Counted from the stretch's first letter, positions 42,726 to 52,275 are shown. The stretch: DNA of 64,000 bases from an uncultured Nitrososphaerales archaeon (GCA_963713605.1 CAVQMO010000001.1:1024001-1088000), one strand, 5' to 3'. Translations and numbers: made by a program. The notes: a model not told the origin generated them from the sequence alone.

Positions 42726-42986
42726 ATGGGAAATTGCAATACGACGGAAAAGTGTATCTTTATAGCGAGCGGAATGCCTGATGACCTGATTATGAGAAGT
42801 AAATTGAAATTGGTAGAGATTGGGGTTTCTGATGAGGATATTCTGGTTATTACTGTGCCTGAGGGAGTGCCAGAGGGTTCAATCATGGTTACAATCTGGC
42901 CGCACTATCTATCAATTGCAAAGGTGAGGAAGGTGAGAGAGGGGTCAATTTACGCTCCTCAACTTTTCAATATCGATCTCTTATGA
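42726..42986 (+). CDS. Hypothetical protein
   Basis: 86-aa ORF with protein-like composition. Confidence 0.6.
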   Translation: MGNCNTTEKCIFIASGMPDDLIMRSKLKLVEIGVSDEDILVITVPEGVPEGSIMVTIWPHYLSIAKVRKVREGSIYAPQLFNIDLL

Positions 42987-43028
42987 TTATGATGGATAAA
43001 AGGACATATCTGGGAATAGATAAACGAG

Positions 43029-43178
43029 TTGAACCTTCTCACATATTTTTGTAAGAAAGGAAGACACTCTGATTGTCCGGGGGAATGGCCTGTAAGGGAA
43101 CCGTGTGTTAGGATTGATGATTGTTCATTCGATGTGATTATTAAAGGATGTGAATGTGAGTGCCATCTTTCCCGATAA
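43029..43178 (+). CDS. 49-aa Cys/His-rich microprotein (missed by ORF track)
   Basis: MNLLTYFCKKGRHSDCPGEWPVREPCVRIDDCSFDVIIKGCECECHLSR* (7 Cys, 2 His). Confidence 0.65.
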   Translation: MNLLTYFCKKGRHSDCPGEWPVREPCVRIDDCSFDVIIKGCECECHLSR

Positions 43179-43292
43179 AATACCGACTTCAAACGTATCT
43201 GAATTTCGAATTCGAAGTACTGTAAATGATTCGGGGTCAGGAAGAGTTAAGAAGTATACAATCACCCATTATTTCAGTCAGCCACCACTTCA

Positions 43293-43853
43293 TCATACCC
43301 CTTCAAGATTGAATCCTATTCTCCTCATTAAATGTTTAGCTATCTCTTGTATTCGATTCGCGACTCTCACTACTACTATTCCCTCTGAAGGTTGTCCGTA
43401 GAGAATTCTCGAATCTGTTGGCGCGTACGCGATTAAAGGGAGTGCAATCAAGTCCTCTTCACCAACTACCCTTACGAAGACTGGGGTATGACTCATCAGT
43501 GCACGAAATAGAATTTTAATAGCCTCTAAAGATATTGATCCTGATTGATTTGTGCATGAAAGTTCGACTAGCCCAGCACCTGAAAGAGCGACGATCATAG
43601 ATTTCAGTTTTGAGACGCTTGTCGTGGAGGCTAACCTCTTTTCAAAACCATCAACAACGCTCACATCGGGGACAATATTGAAACTGATAACTGTTGCCGT
43701 GGTCGTATCTCCAACAGTGATAAACTTTCGGGTTTCCTTACGCAGCTCAATTATTTTTTGCTTTTCAACCTGATCGTATCTAATCACTTGCCCCAGTGGC
43801 TTTCTTAGAAGTTCAATGATTTCCTTTTGAACAGGCTTCACATCGTGACTCAT
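43293..43853 (-). CDS. GTP-dependent dephospho-CoA kinase (DUF359)
   Basis: LRKPLG, TVGD, VDG, GEEDL, YGQPSEG. Confidence 0.88.
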   Translation of the reverse strand: MSHDVKPVQKEIIELLRKPLGQVIRYDQVEKQKIIELRKETRKFITVGDTTTATVISFNIVPDVSVVDGFEKRLASTTSVSKLKSMIVALSGAGLVELSCTNQSGSISLEAIKILFRALMSHTPVFVRVVGEEDLIALPLIAYAPTDSRILYGQPSEGIVVVRVANRIQEIAKHLMRRIGFNLEGV

Positions 43854-44941
43854 TCCATTGGTGTGGTAGAGGCTTTTTCCGCAACTTCATTATCCTTAAC
43901 TGTCGCAGCGATGACGCTAATACGTCCCGCAACCAGCCTTGAAATTTTTCCAAAGGCTAAACTAGCCATCGAATCTGGTTCCACCAACGTCACCGGTCTA
44001 CCGAGGTCACTTCCTTCTCTTATAAGAGGATGCAAGGGGATTTCACCCAAGAAAGGTACATTAAACTTCTCGCTAATCTTCTGACCTCCACCTTTCCCAA
44101 AAGTGTAAGTATTTTCGCCACAGTGTGGACAGACAAGAAAACTCATGTTTTCAACTACTCCTAATATTGGAATGTTGAGTTTGTTAAACATCCCAACTGA
44201 TTTGATAGCGACATTCATTGCCACATCCTGCGGGGTGGTGACTATTAAGATACCAGTAATTGGAAGAGTTTGAGCCATCGTAAGAGGGGCATCACCTGTC
44301 CCTGGAGGCAGATCTATGAGAAGGTAATCCAATTCTCCCCATTCTACGTCGGTTATGAACTGCTTTATGATTCCTGAAACTATTGGTCCACGATAGATAC
44401 CTGCCTGCTGAGACTGTTCGTAAAAGAAGCCCATAGAAATAACTTTTACGTTGTTCGAAATGACAGGCTGTATTTTGTTGTTTACAATTGGTGGTGAACC
44501 TGTTATTCCTAACATTAGAGGAACGCTAGGGCCGTAAATGTCCGCGTCTAAAAGGCCAACGCTAGCGCCAGACTTGGCCAATGCCAATGCCAGATTTACT
44601 GCCACGGTTGTCTTTCCGACCCCTCCTTTTCCGCTGGCTATTGCAAAAATATTCTTGACCTTGGGGAGCAATTCATCCATTGAAATTGCTCTTCCTTCCA
44701 TAACTTTGGCCGTAACCCTGAGATCCAAATCATTTACTCCTATACTTTGCATGGAATTTCTCACGTCCTGTTCAATTTCACTATTGAAAGGACAGGCAGG
44801 GGTAGTTAACTCAAGAGTAAATGATACTTTTTTATCTTTAATACTTAGATCCTTAATCATACCCATAGATACGATATCCTTGTGTAATTCTGGATCCATA
44901 ATCTTCTTGAGGGACGACATTACTTGATCCACGTTAGTCAT
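43850..44941 (-). CDS. Mrp/NBP35 Fe-S cluster carrier ATPase with N-terminal DUF59 domain
   Basis: DPELHKDIV, TTPACP, SGKGGVGKT, DADIYGPS, DLPPGTGD, ENMS...CPHC. Confidence 0.94.
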   Translation of the reverse strand: MTNVDQVMSSLKKIMDPELHKDIVSMGMIKDLSIKDKKVSFTLELTTPACPFNSEIEQDVRNSMQSIGVNDLDLRVTAKVMEGRAISMDELLPKVKNIFAIASGKGGVGKTTVAVNLALALAKSGASVGLLDADIYGPSVPLMLGITGSPPIVNNKIQPVISNNVKVISMGFFYEQSQQAGIYRGPIVSGIIKQFITDVEWGELDYLLIDLPPGTGDAPLTMAQTLPITGILIVTTPQDVAMNVAIKSVGMFNKLNIPILGVVENMSFLVCPHCGENTYTFGKGGGQKISEKFNVPFLGEIPLHPLIREGSDLGRPVTLVEPDSMASLAFGKISRLVAGRISVIAATVKDNEVAEKASTTPME

Positions 44942-44973
44942 ATGCTACCAGTAGTTTGAACTTCACAATATTT

Positions 44974-44989
44974 AAATTGTTAACAATTT
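44974..44989. promoter_or_regulatory. Perfect 16-bp palindrome overlapping the mrp TATA/BRE region
   Basis: AAATTGTTAACAATTT; minus-strand TTTAAATA at 44976-44969, 28 nt upstream of the mrp ATG. Confidence 0.5.
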
Positions 44990-45219
44990 TCATACTGGGC
45001 TTGACCATCAGTTGCGTTGAGAGGTCGAGCAAAGAGCGTCAGTTGTGAGGTCGATGAGATAACCATTGAAACCAACTATCAAATGAACGAGCCATTCTAA
45101 CCGGATTGGCTACAAATCAGGGACCGAAACAATCGTATTCATATCTAGGACAGATCAGCATATGATTATCTTATCCAAAGATTAATAAATTGATGTTCCG
45201 TCGCTATCAATTGTATATC

Positions 45220-45822
45220 ATGTTTGCGATCGTGCATATGAGCGACGTTATAAGAATACCTCCCGATCGATTAACCCCGTCTCTTAACAGAACTGCGATT
45301 GGAATTCTTAAAGAGAAATACGAGAGTATGATTAGCCCTGAGCTTGGGTATGTTATCATGATTATAGAGGCATCTACGAACCCCGTGGGTAAGCTCGTCG
45401 CAGGTGATGGAGCGACTTATCATAGAGTAACCTTTAAGGCCCTAACCTTCTTCCCAAGATTACAGGAAATAGTTGAAGGAGAGATAGTTGAAATAACTGA
45501 TTTTGGAGCATTCGTCAGAATAGGACCTACCGATGCCTTACTTCACTTGTCTCAGATAACAGACGACTTTCTTAAGAGTGATGTGAAGCAGGGGATAATT
45601 TTGGCAAACCAGTCTTCTAGGTCTATCAAAATTGGTTCTAGGTTAAGAGGAAGAATAACTGCTGTCAGTCTAGGTAAGGGAGCCGCCATGGGAAAGATAG
45701 GAATAACATGTAGGCAGCCGTTTTTGGGGGCCCTGGAATGGATTGAACAGGATGTCATTAAATCACAACAGACTCAGTCTACACTTCCAATAAAGGAAAA
45801 AAAGCGAGGCTCCAGTAAGTAA
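45220..45822 (+). CDS. rpoE1: RNA polymerase subunit E' (Rpo7)
   Basis: VIRIPP, GDGATYH, FGAFVRIGP, LLHLSQ, RQPFLG. Confidence 0.95.
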   Translation: MFAIVHMSDVIRIPPDRLTPSLNRTAIGILKEKYESMISPELGYVIMIIEASTNPVGKLVAGDGATYHRVTFKALTFFPRLQEIVEGEIVEITDFGAFVRIGPTDALLHLSQITDDFLKSDVKQGIILANQSSRSIKIGSRLRGRITAVSLGKGAAMGKIGITCRQPFLGALEWIEQDVIKSQQTQSTLPIKEKKRGSSK

Positions 45823-46010
45823 TGCCTAGGGAACTTGCGTGTAAAAAATGTAAGGCGTTGACCATAGGAAAGGTTTGTCCTGTTTGTAATTCTACTGATT
45901 TGACGCCGCACTGGACAGGAATGATATTGGTATTTGATCCTTCCAATTCTCATGTGGCCACGACTCTTGATCTTCGTGTCCCTCACAAATATGCATTAAA
46001 AGCTTCATGA
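45822..46010 (+). CDS. spt4: Transcription elongation factor Spt4 (RpoE'')
   Basis: ACKKC...CPVC...WTG...DP...YAL. Confidence 0.93.
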   Translation: MPRELACKKCKALTIGKVCPVCNSTDLTPHWTGMILVFDPSNSHVATTLDLRVPHKYALKAS

Positions 46011-46904
46011 CCCCCCTTATAGGACCAGAGAACGTCAAGTCCTTATTTGAGTATCTACATAGACGAACTTCTATACTTTCGTATCTTGAAGAGGACATTG
46101 GTAGCGGTGATATCACAAGTGAACTACTAATACCAGCTGATTTCTATGCCGAAGCTGAGGTGTGGTGTAAGGGGACCGCAGAAGGCGTGGTGATTTGTGG
46201 CGTGGAGGAAGCATGTATGGCATTGGAAATTTGCGGCTGCTATACTACGAAACTAGTCGAAGATGGGGCAATTGCGACCGGCAATCGACAAGTAATCGCG
46301 GTGAAAGGGGATGCCAGGGCAATACTCAAAGCCGAACGAACTGCCTTAAACTTGTTAATGCGCATGAGCGGGGTAGCAACGGAGAGCAGAAAATACGACA
46401 TTCTATTAAGAAAGCTTGGTGTGGATACACTAGTCACAGCTACAAGAAAAACTTCTCCCGGGATGAGAATATTCGACAAGAAAGCCATAGCGATTGGTGG
46501 TGGAAATCCCCATCGAATGGGGCTGTACGACAAGATCCTCATTAAAGATAACCATATCGCAGTTGTGGGGAACGCTAGGGATTGCGTGAACAAAGCGAAG
46601 AAGCAAACAGAAAAGAACCAGAAAATAGAATGCGAAGTTAGTTCAGAAAAAGAACTCGTTTCCGTTGTTTTCAGCTGGTGCAGACATCGTAATGTTGGAC
46701 AACTTTTCTATGGAGAGTGCGAAGGCAGCTATGTCTATATTACATGAATTGGGCCTAAGAAATCGAGTACTTGTGGAGATTTCTGGAGGTATCAATGAGT
46801 CTAATTTCCAAGATTTTGCTCAGCTAAACCCAGATTTCATATCGGTAGGTTCAATAACGCATTCAACTAGAGCAGTCGATTTTAGTATGACTGTCAAATC
46901 TTAA
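46007..46904 (+). CDS. nadC: Nicotinate-nucleotide pyrophosphorylase (frameshift near 46668)
   Basis: EDIGSGDITS, AERTALN, TRKT, HR, KDNH, MLDN, SGGI. Confidence 0.95.
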
Positions 46905-46990
46905 AGTAGGCTGAAATAGTCTGTACGCATCCCTGTATACATAGCCATCCCTACATCTCATTCGGTCTGAGATAAGAAAGGCTATTCAGA

Positions 46991-47935
46991 TCACACCGCA
47001 AGCATCCTTTCAATTGCTAGTTTTGCTTTTGACCTCACTTTATCTGGGACGTTCACTACATGGACATTTTTAATGAGAGAGTGATACACCTTCTCGAGCG
47101 TGATCATCTTCATGTATTTGCATATAGCATCCTCTTTCAGCGGTATGAAGGTCTTGTCGGGGTTCTGATTTTTCATCCTATGAAGAATTCCGATTTCGGT
47201 TGCCACTATGAATTTCTTGGAATGTGATGTCGATGCATATTTGATCATCCCCTCTGTAGAGAGAACATGACAAGATTTGTTGATATCGCCTTCTCCATAA
47301 TGATAAAGCGCTGACGTGGTACAGCCACATTCAGGATGAATCAAAAGTTCGCCGTCGGCTTCTGCATCGAGATACCTGTTGATATCGCGAAACGTCATTC
47401 CGGCATGCACATGACATTCACCTGGCCAAATATGCATATTCTTCCTGCTAGTTTGCCTGGCCACATATGACCCTAGGAACATGTCGGGTAGGAAAAGTAT
47501 CTCCTTGTCGGCTGGAATGGAGTTTGTGATTTCTACCGCATTAGATGAGGTACAGCAATAATCAGACAAGGCCTTGATTTCTGCTGATGTGTTAACGTAA
47601 CTAACAACGACAGCCTCTGGATGTTTTGATTTCCACCTGATAAGTTCATCAGGATTAATAGCGGAAGCCAACGAGCATCCCGCCTGAGTATCCGGTATCA
47701 ATACTGTTTTTTCGGGGCACAGTATAGCCGCTGTCTCAGCCATGAAGTGGACCCCACAAAATACGATAATATCTGCATCTGTACCGGCAGCGGCTCTAGA
47801 GAGGGCCAGTGAATCACCAACAAAATCTGCAATGTCCTGGATTTCTGGGTTCTGGTAATTATGAGCCAGAATCACCGCATTCGACTCCTTCTTCAACTGT
47901 CTTATTTTTACATCATAATTTTCGATTTCTAACAT
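46991..47935 (-). CDS. nadA: Quinolinate synthase
   Basis: LAHNYQ, GDSL, CGVHFMAETA, AGCSLA, YVNT, GECHVH, HPEC, CKYMK. Confidence 0.97.
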   Translation of the reverse strand: MLEIENYDVKIRQLKKESNAVILAHNYQNPEIQDIADFVGDSLALSRAAAGTDADIIVFCGVHFMAETAAILCPEKTVLIPDTQAGCSLASAINPDELIRWKSKHPEAVVVSYVNTSAEIKALSDYCCTSSNAVEITNSIPADKEILFLPDMFLGSYVARQTSRKNMHIWPGECHVHAGMTFRDINRYLDAEADGELLIHPECGCTTSALYHYGEGDINKSCHVLSTEGMIKYASTSHSKKFIVATEIGILHRMKNQNPDKTFIPLKEDAICKYMKMITLEKVYHSLIKNVHVVNVPDKVRSKAKLAIERMLAV

Positions 47936-48145
47936 TATTATAGTTTGAAAAGATTGAACGCCTACACAATTTAAAGCAGTACAATCCAGGATGGATTTGC
48001 AACCTTCTTCCAATCAGTGGGCAATAGTTGCCCCTTTAAGCTGCAAGTCATCAAAATAACAGGGAAATGACATTATATTTGCCTGACTCTAAAATTTAGT
48101 CTATTTAGAATTTATATATGTGTAATATGTATATACGCTAATTAG

Positions 48146-48325
48146 ATGCCAACTCATGGATCGTTAACCAAGGCTGGAAAGGTTAGAGGGCAAACCCCTA
48201 AGATTCAAGGAAAGATTAGAGATAGCCCTATTTCCAGGCTACGTAACAAGAATAATTATAGTAAGCGGTTCGAAAAAAGAAGGGCTCCTGGTCAAAGAAA
48301 ACCTGAAAGAGGGCCTAGACGTTAG
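48146..48325 (+). CDS. rps30e: 30S ribosomal protein S30e (missed by ORF track)
   Basis: [20 protein letters not shown] signature. Confidence 0.95.
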   Translation: MPTHGSLTKAGKVRGQTPKIQGKIRDSPISRLRNKNNYSKRFEKRRAPGQRKPERGPRR

Positions 48326-48371
48326 AGTGCTGCGGCGAATAATGCAGTATTGAATCGTTCCTGAAATACCA

Positions 48372-49211
48372 TTGAAAAAGGTCGGTATAATAGGCTTCGG
48401 AACGATAGGTTATCAAATAGCAAGATCAATTGATAGCGGCTTTTTATCACCCGCAGAGTTGAGCTTTATTGTTGATTCGTCCATCAGCAGATTGGAAGTT
48501 GCAAAGAAGTCCTTAACGAATGACAAACCACAGGTGTTTTCTGATCCAGATTTGCTTTTTCACTCTAAATCATATAAGAATACTCAAATTGTAGTAGAAT
48601 CGGCGAGTGGGGCTGCGGTCCGACAATACGCTAAGCACATCTTATCTGACGGAAAGTATCTTATCATTTTCAGTGTAGGCGAATTAGTTGATGAGACGTT
48701 CATGAAGGAACTTGAATCAGAGGCTGTAGAACACACTGGTGTTATACATATTCCGACTGGAGCAATTGCCGGTATAGATGCCATAAAATCAGTCCGGAAC
48801 AATTTAGATCAGGTTACAATTTCTACAACTAAGAATCCCAGATCGTTGGCTGGAGCTCCCTATTTTGATATCCAAGAGAATATACACTTTCAGGAACTCA
48901 CTAGTAGGACAGTATTGTATGAAGGAGATGTCCGTAGAGCAGTTGAGCTGTTCCCTTCGAATGTGAATGTCTTTGCTACCTTAGCCCTTGCAACGGGCAA
49001 CATTACCAAAATTAAGGTCAGGATAATTGCCGATCCGAACTTAAAAGTTAACCGGCACGAAATAGATGTCAAAGGAGAGTTTGGGATACTACAAATAATT
49101 GCAAGCAATATACCTCATCCAGAAAACCCGCGGACAAGTACGTTGGCCGTATTGTCTGCTATTGAAGCCGTAAGATCTGCATGCAATCAGACGGTTAAGA
49201 TTGGAGGTTAA
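48372..49211 (+). CDS. nadX: L-aspartate dehydrogenase
   Basis: GFGTIG, VESAS, SVG, GAIAGID, FPSNVN, NRHEI, NPRTS; next to nadA/nadC. Confidence 0.93.
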   Translation: MKKVGIIGFGTIGYQIARSIDSGFLSPAELSFIVDSSISRLEVAKKSLTNDKPQVFSDPDLLFHSKSYKNTQIVVESASGAAVRQYAKHILSDGKYLIIFSVGELVDETFMKELESEAVEHTGVIHIPTGAIAGIDAIKSVRNNLDQVTISTTKNPRSLAGAPYFDIQENIHFQELTSRTVLYEGDVRRAVELFPSNVNVFATLALATGNITKIKVRIIADPNLKVNRHEIDVKGEFGILQIIASNIPHPENPRTSTLAVLSAIEAVRSACNQTVKIGG

Positions 49212-49272
49212 AATCTAACGGCTACCACGATTTATATAGGGTAAGAGTAAGTGTTGTAGCAAGGAATAAGGA

Positions 49273-49572
49273 ATGAGTTACGGTGGATTTAGAAGGAACG
49301 ATAGTTTCGGACCAAAACCAGTAGAAACAGGAAAGGAGTATGACGTACAGATTTCTGAAATAAGCAGAAAAGGTGACGGAATTGCTAGAGTCCAAGGATT
49401 TGTTATATTTGTTAAGGATGGGAAAGTTGGTCAGAACGCAAAGATAAGAGTAACACAAGTTGGGAATCGGTTTGCAACAGCAGAAATAGTGAATGGGGCC
49501 ACAGAACAGTCTGCCCCAACTCAAGAAATTTCAAGCGGGAACCAAGACCAAGCAACTGAGTCAGAAAATTAA
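49273..49572 (+). CDS. Single-TRAM-domain RNA-binding protein
   Basis: KPVETGKEYDV, GDGIARVQGFVIFV, FATA. Confidence 0.92.
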   Translation: MSYGGFRRNDSFGPKPVETGKEYDVQISEISRKGDGIARVQGFVIFVKDGKVGQNAKIRVTQVGNRFATAEIVNGATEQSAPTQEISSGNQDQATESEN

Positions 49573-49678
49573 GTCGACGAACGTCATCTTAGGTATTTTT
49601 CACTACGGAAGATTGTATACCATGTATAATTCTCATAGACTTTTTTAGGATCTATAATTTTTTTCATCCATTCGTAGG

Positions 49679-51471
49679 TCAATTACCTAGACAAAATATC
49701 GTTTCATTCTCCAGCTGATTCTTCGATCTGTAGACCAACCCCGAAATGGAATCTCTCATCTCTTCTTCGTCCACCCCACCATTGTCAAAATTTCCAGGCA
49801 GAATTAGATATAGGCGAATCTTAGAACCCAGAACATCTGATAGCTCCTGATTCGCAGTAACAATGAATGGCCTCAGAGCACCTCGAAAAAGTTCGGCTCT
49901 CGCTTTGATTAGTCCTGAAATTTTGTCACCAATTGGCCAGTCTGGTCCTACTATTATCACGTTTCCTGCCGACTCTTTGAATCTGACAGGTTCTTCCAAT
50001 GCACCCTCAGGTGCAAGGATAGTAACCATATGTTTCGTCACTAAAGCTGGAATATGAATAAATCTGTTGATCAGTGACTCCCAATCATGTTTTGAAAGTT
50101 CGAGCAACGATTTTGTATAATCGGGTCGTCCAGTGAAGTGGATCAATCCACTGATTGGACCAAAACTGCTCTTAATTTGGTTCAAAGTGTCATGCAAATT
50201 CGCCTCGTCTGAGAGATTCGCTTGATATTGGGGGTATTCGGACAACCTTTCTATTTCTTGTGGGGCGACGATTATTATTTTATTCAGTCCATCATTTAAC
50301 ATAGTTTGGCAGAGAGCCTCAATTCTCGACAGGTCAAAGGAATCACTAGTGCTTGTGCTTATTAAAACAGTACCAAGGTTATTGTTGGAATCTGTTCGTC
50401 TGCACGACAGTAGAGATTGCTGGCTTGACGGTATAAAATACCCGATCGTTTGGTACGTACTCGACCGTTTAAAAGTCTACTTGTCTTGTCTGAGGACAAC
50501 ATCAAAACCATTTCAGCTACGTCTTCTTGAGACAGAAATTCGCCATCAACGATCATTTTTTTTGTATTCTCTTGAATTTTTTCGGCTATATTGTATAGCT
50601 TCTTGATAAGCTCTGAAATGTCGCGCTCTAGGTCATCTTGGTTAGAATTCATGCCAATTTTGGATTTTATTATTTCTTTGGCTATTTCTTTTCCTTTCGA
50701 CGCGATCTCAGACGGGCTACTACCCAGGTGAGGCAGAATTTTCGAGAGAATAAGTTCTATCACACTGGACTTCATGCCTTTGAATCCCCCTACCCTTAAG
50801 AACTCCGCAGCAGCCTTTGGATAAACAGTTTTATAGATTCTATCTGAATGGACTGGACCAGGATTAGTTGCAATAGATCTAATTCCTCGATGTGATAGTT
50901 CCCATGCTAGCGCTTCGGCGAGTCTGTTTTTGGCTCCTTGCGAAGCCGTATACGGAGTTCTGAATCTATATGGTCGCTGCTCAAATTTGCTTTCTTCGGT
51001 GAAAAAGGTACTGATTGTAATTATCTTGCCATTCTTAGATAAGAGATCAAGGCCATGCACCGAAGTAAAGAATGTACCTGTCAAGTGAATCGCTACGCAC
51101 TCCTTGAATTCTCCGTAGTCTGCATTAGTGAACACCTTAACGGGACCTGACACGCCAGCATTGTTTACAATAATATCCAGACCCCCCAAAGAGCTTTTTA
51201 TCGCGCTATACATTTTAGTTAGAGACTGCTCATCAGATACGTCAACTCCAGGAAATGAAGTTACCTTTGCCGAAGATCCGACAGACAGAATTGTCTTTAA
51301 TAGGATCTCTTTAGTTTCGTCTAATGGCTTCTGTCTTCGCCCCATGATAATAATGCTCGCGCCATTTTCAGCAAATTTCGTGGCTATTGCCTGACCTATT
51401 CCTGTCCCACTTCCAGTTATGAGAACGGTTTTGCTCTTAAAGGGCAAATTAGAGTTCACTTGACTGGTCAC
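49679..51471 (-). CDS. Two-domain short-chain dehydrogenase/reductase (~596 aa, two 1-nt insertions near 50455 and 50393), malonyl-CoA reductase-like
   Basis: TGSGTGIG, NNAG, ISTFF, RTPYTASQ, NPGPVHSDRI plus a degenerate second SDR-like domain; removing two bases gives 597 codons. Confidence 0.85.
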
Positions 51472-51720
51472 ATCAGTAGGGATTGGAAACTCATATTTAA
51501 ATCAATTTTATGCCGCGAAATTGCTAGCTTTATACTATCCAGTGATGACCTAGGACAGTAAGAAGGGAGACTAATATCGAGTCACTAATTCTTGGTATTA
51601 CGTATAGGTGCTACTCTCCGTGACCATTCATATAAAAGTAGAAGTGCATATGACAATATCTATTTCGCTTGTGTATCCACGATTGGTATCAAGGTTATTG
51701 ATCTTACAGCGAGTTATCTT

Positions 51721-52275
51721 TTACGCCCGCCACCAATCTATGCCTATAAAGTATACCTGTCTTTTCTTTAGCCTAGGACAAGCAAGGATGAACTGTTTCT
51801 TTACCGTAGTGGCCAATCTTCCACTCAGGACTATCGAAGTGGCAGTAATATTTGTTGCTGGAACGTATACTGTTATCAAAAACGGGGCATGATCAATCCC
51901 GGGTCCTCGCTCGTACACGGCAAAGTCGCAGCCAAACTTTATCCCGGGAGAGACAATATAACCTTTGCCTTTCAAGACCTTGAATACAAGGTACTTTGCA
52001 TCAAAGTTGTCATACTGCATTCTGCACATGGTTTTTATTCTCCTGACGGAAATCGTTTTTCCAAATTTCGAAATTATAGATAACTCTCCTCTTTCCGCAA
52101 GATAACAACCTTCGATTAGGTCAAGTACTATTGGGACATCAAAATCAATTCCTTTTGGCTTCGAGATCCCAATCGGCTTACCGTAATAGCCATTGCCAAA
52201 TAGTGTACGGGATTCTTCGATATTCCAAATAACTACCCTGTTTTCGATCAGATGTCCTAAAACTGGTTTATCCAT
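51721..52275 (-). CDS. endA: tRNA-intron endonuclease, catalytic subunit
   Basis: GIKFGCDFAVY, GPGIDHAPF, GRLATTVKK; ATG overlaps the upstream stop (TAATG). Confidence 0.94.
   Translation of the reverse strand: MDKPVLGHLIENRVVIWNIEESRTLFGNGYYGKPIGISKPKGIDFDVPIVLDLIEGCYLAERGELSIISKFGKTISVRRIKTMCRMQYDNFDAKYLVFKVLKGKGYIVSPGIKFGCDFAVYERGPGIDHAPFLITVYVPATNITATSIVLSGRLATTVKKQFILACPRLKKRQVYFIGIDWWRA

Noticed and set aside
51541..51620. GTGATGA as the C box of a C/D sRNA
   Set aside because: No suitably placed CTGA D box downstream.
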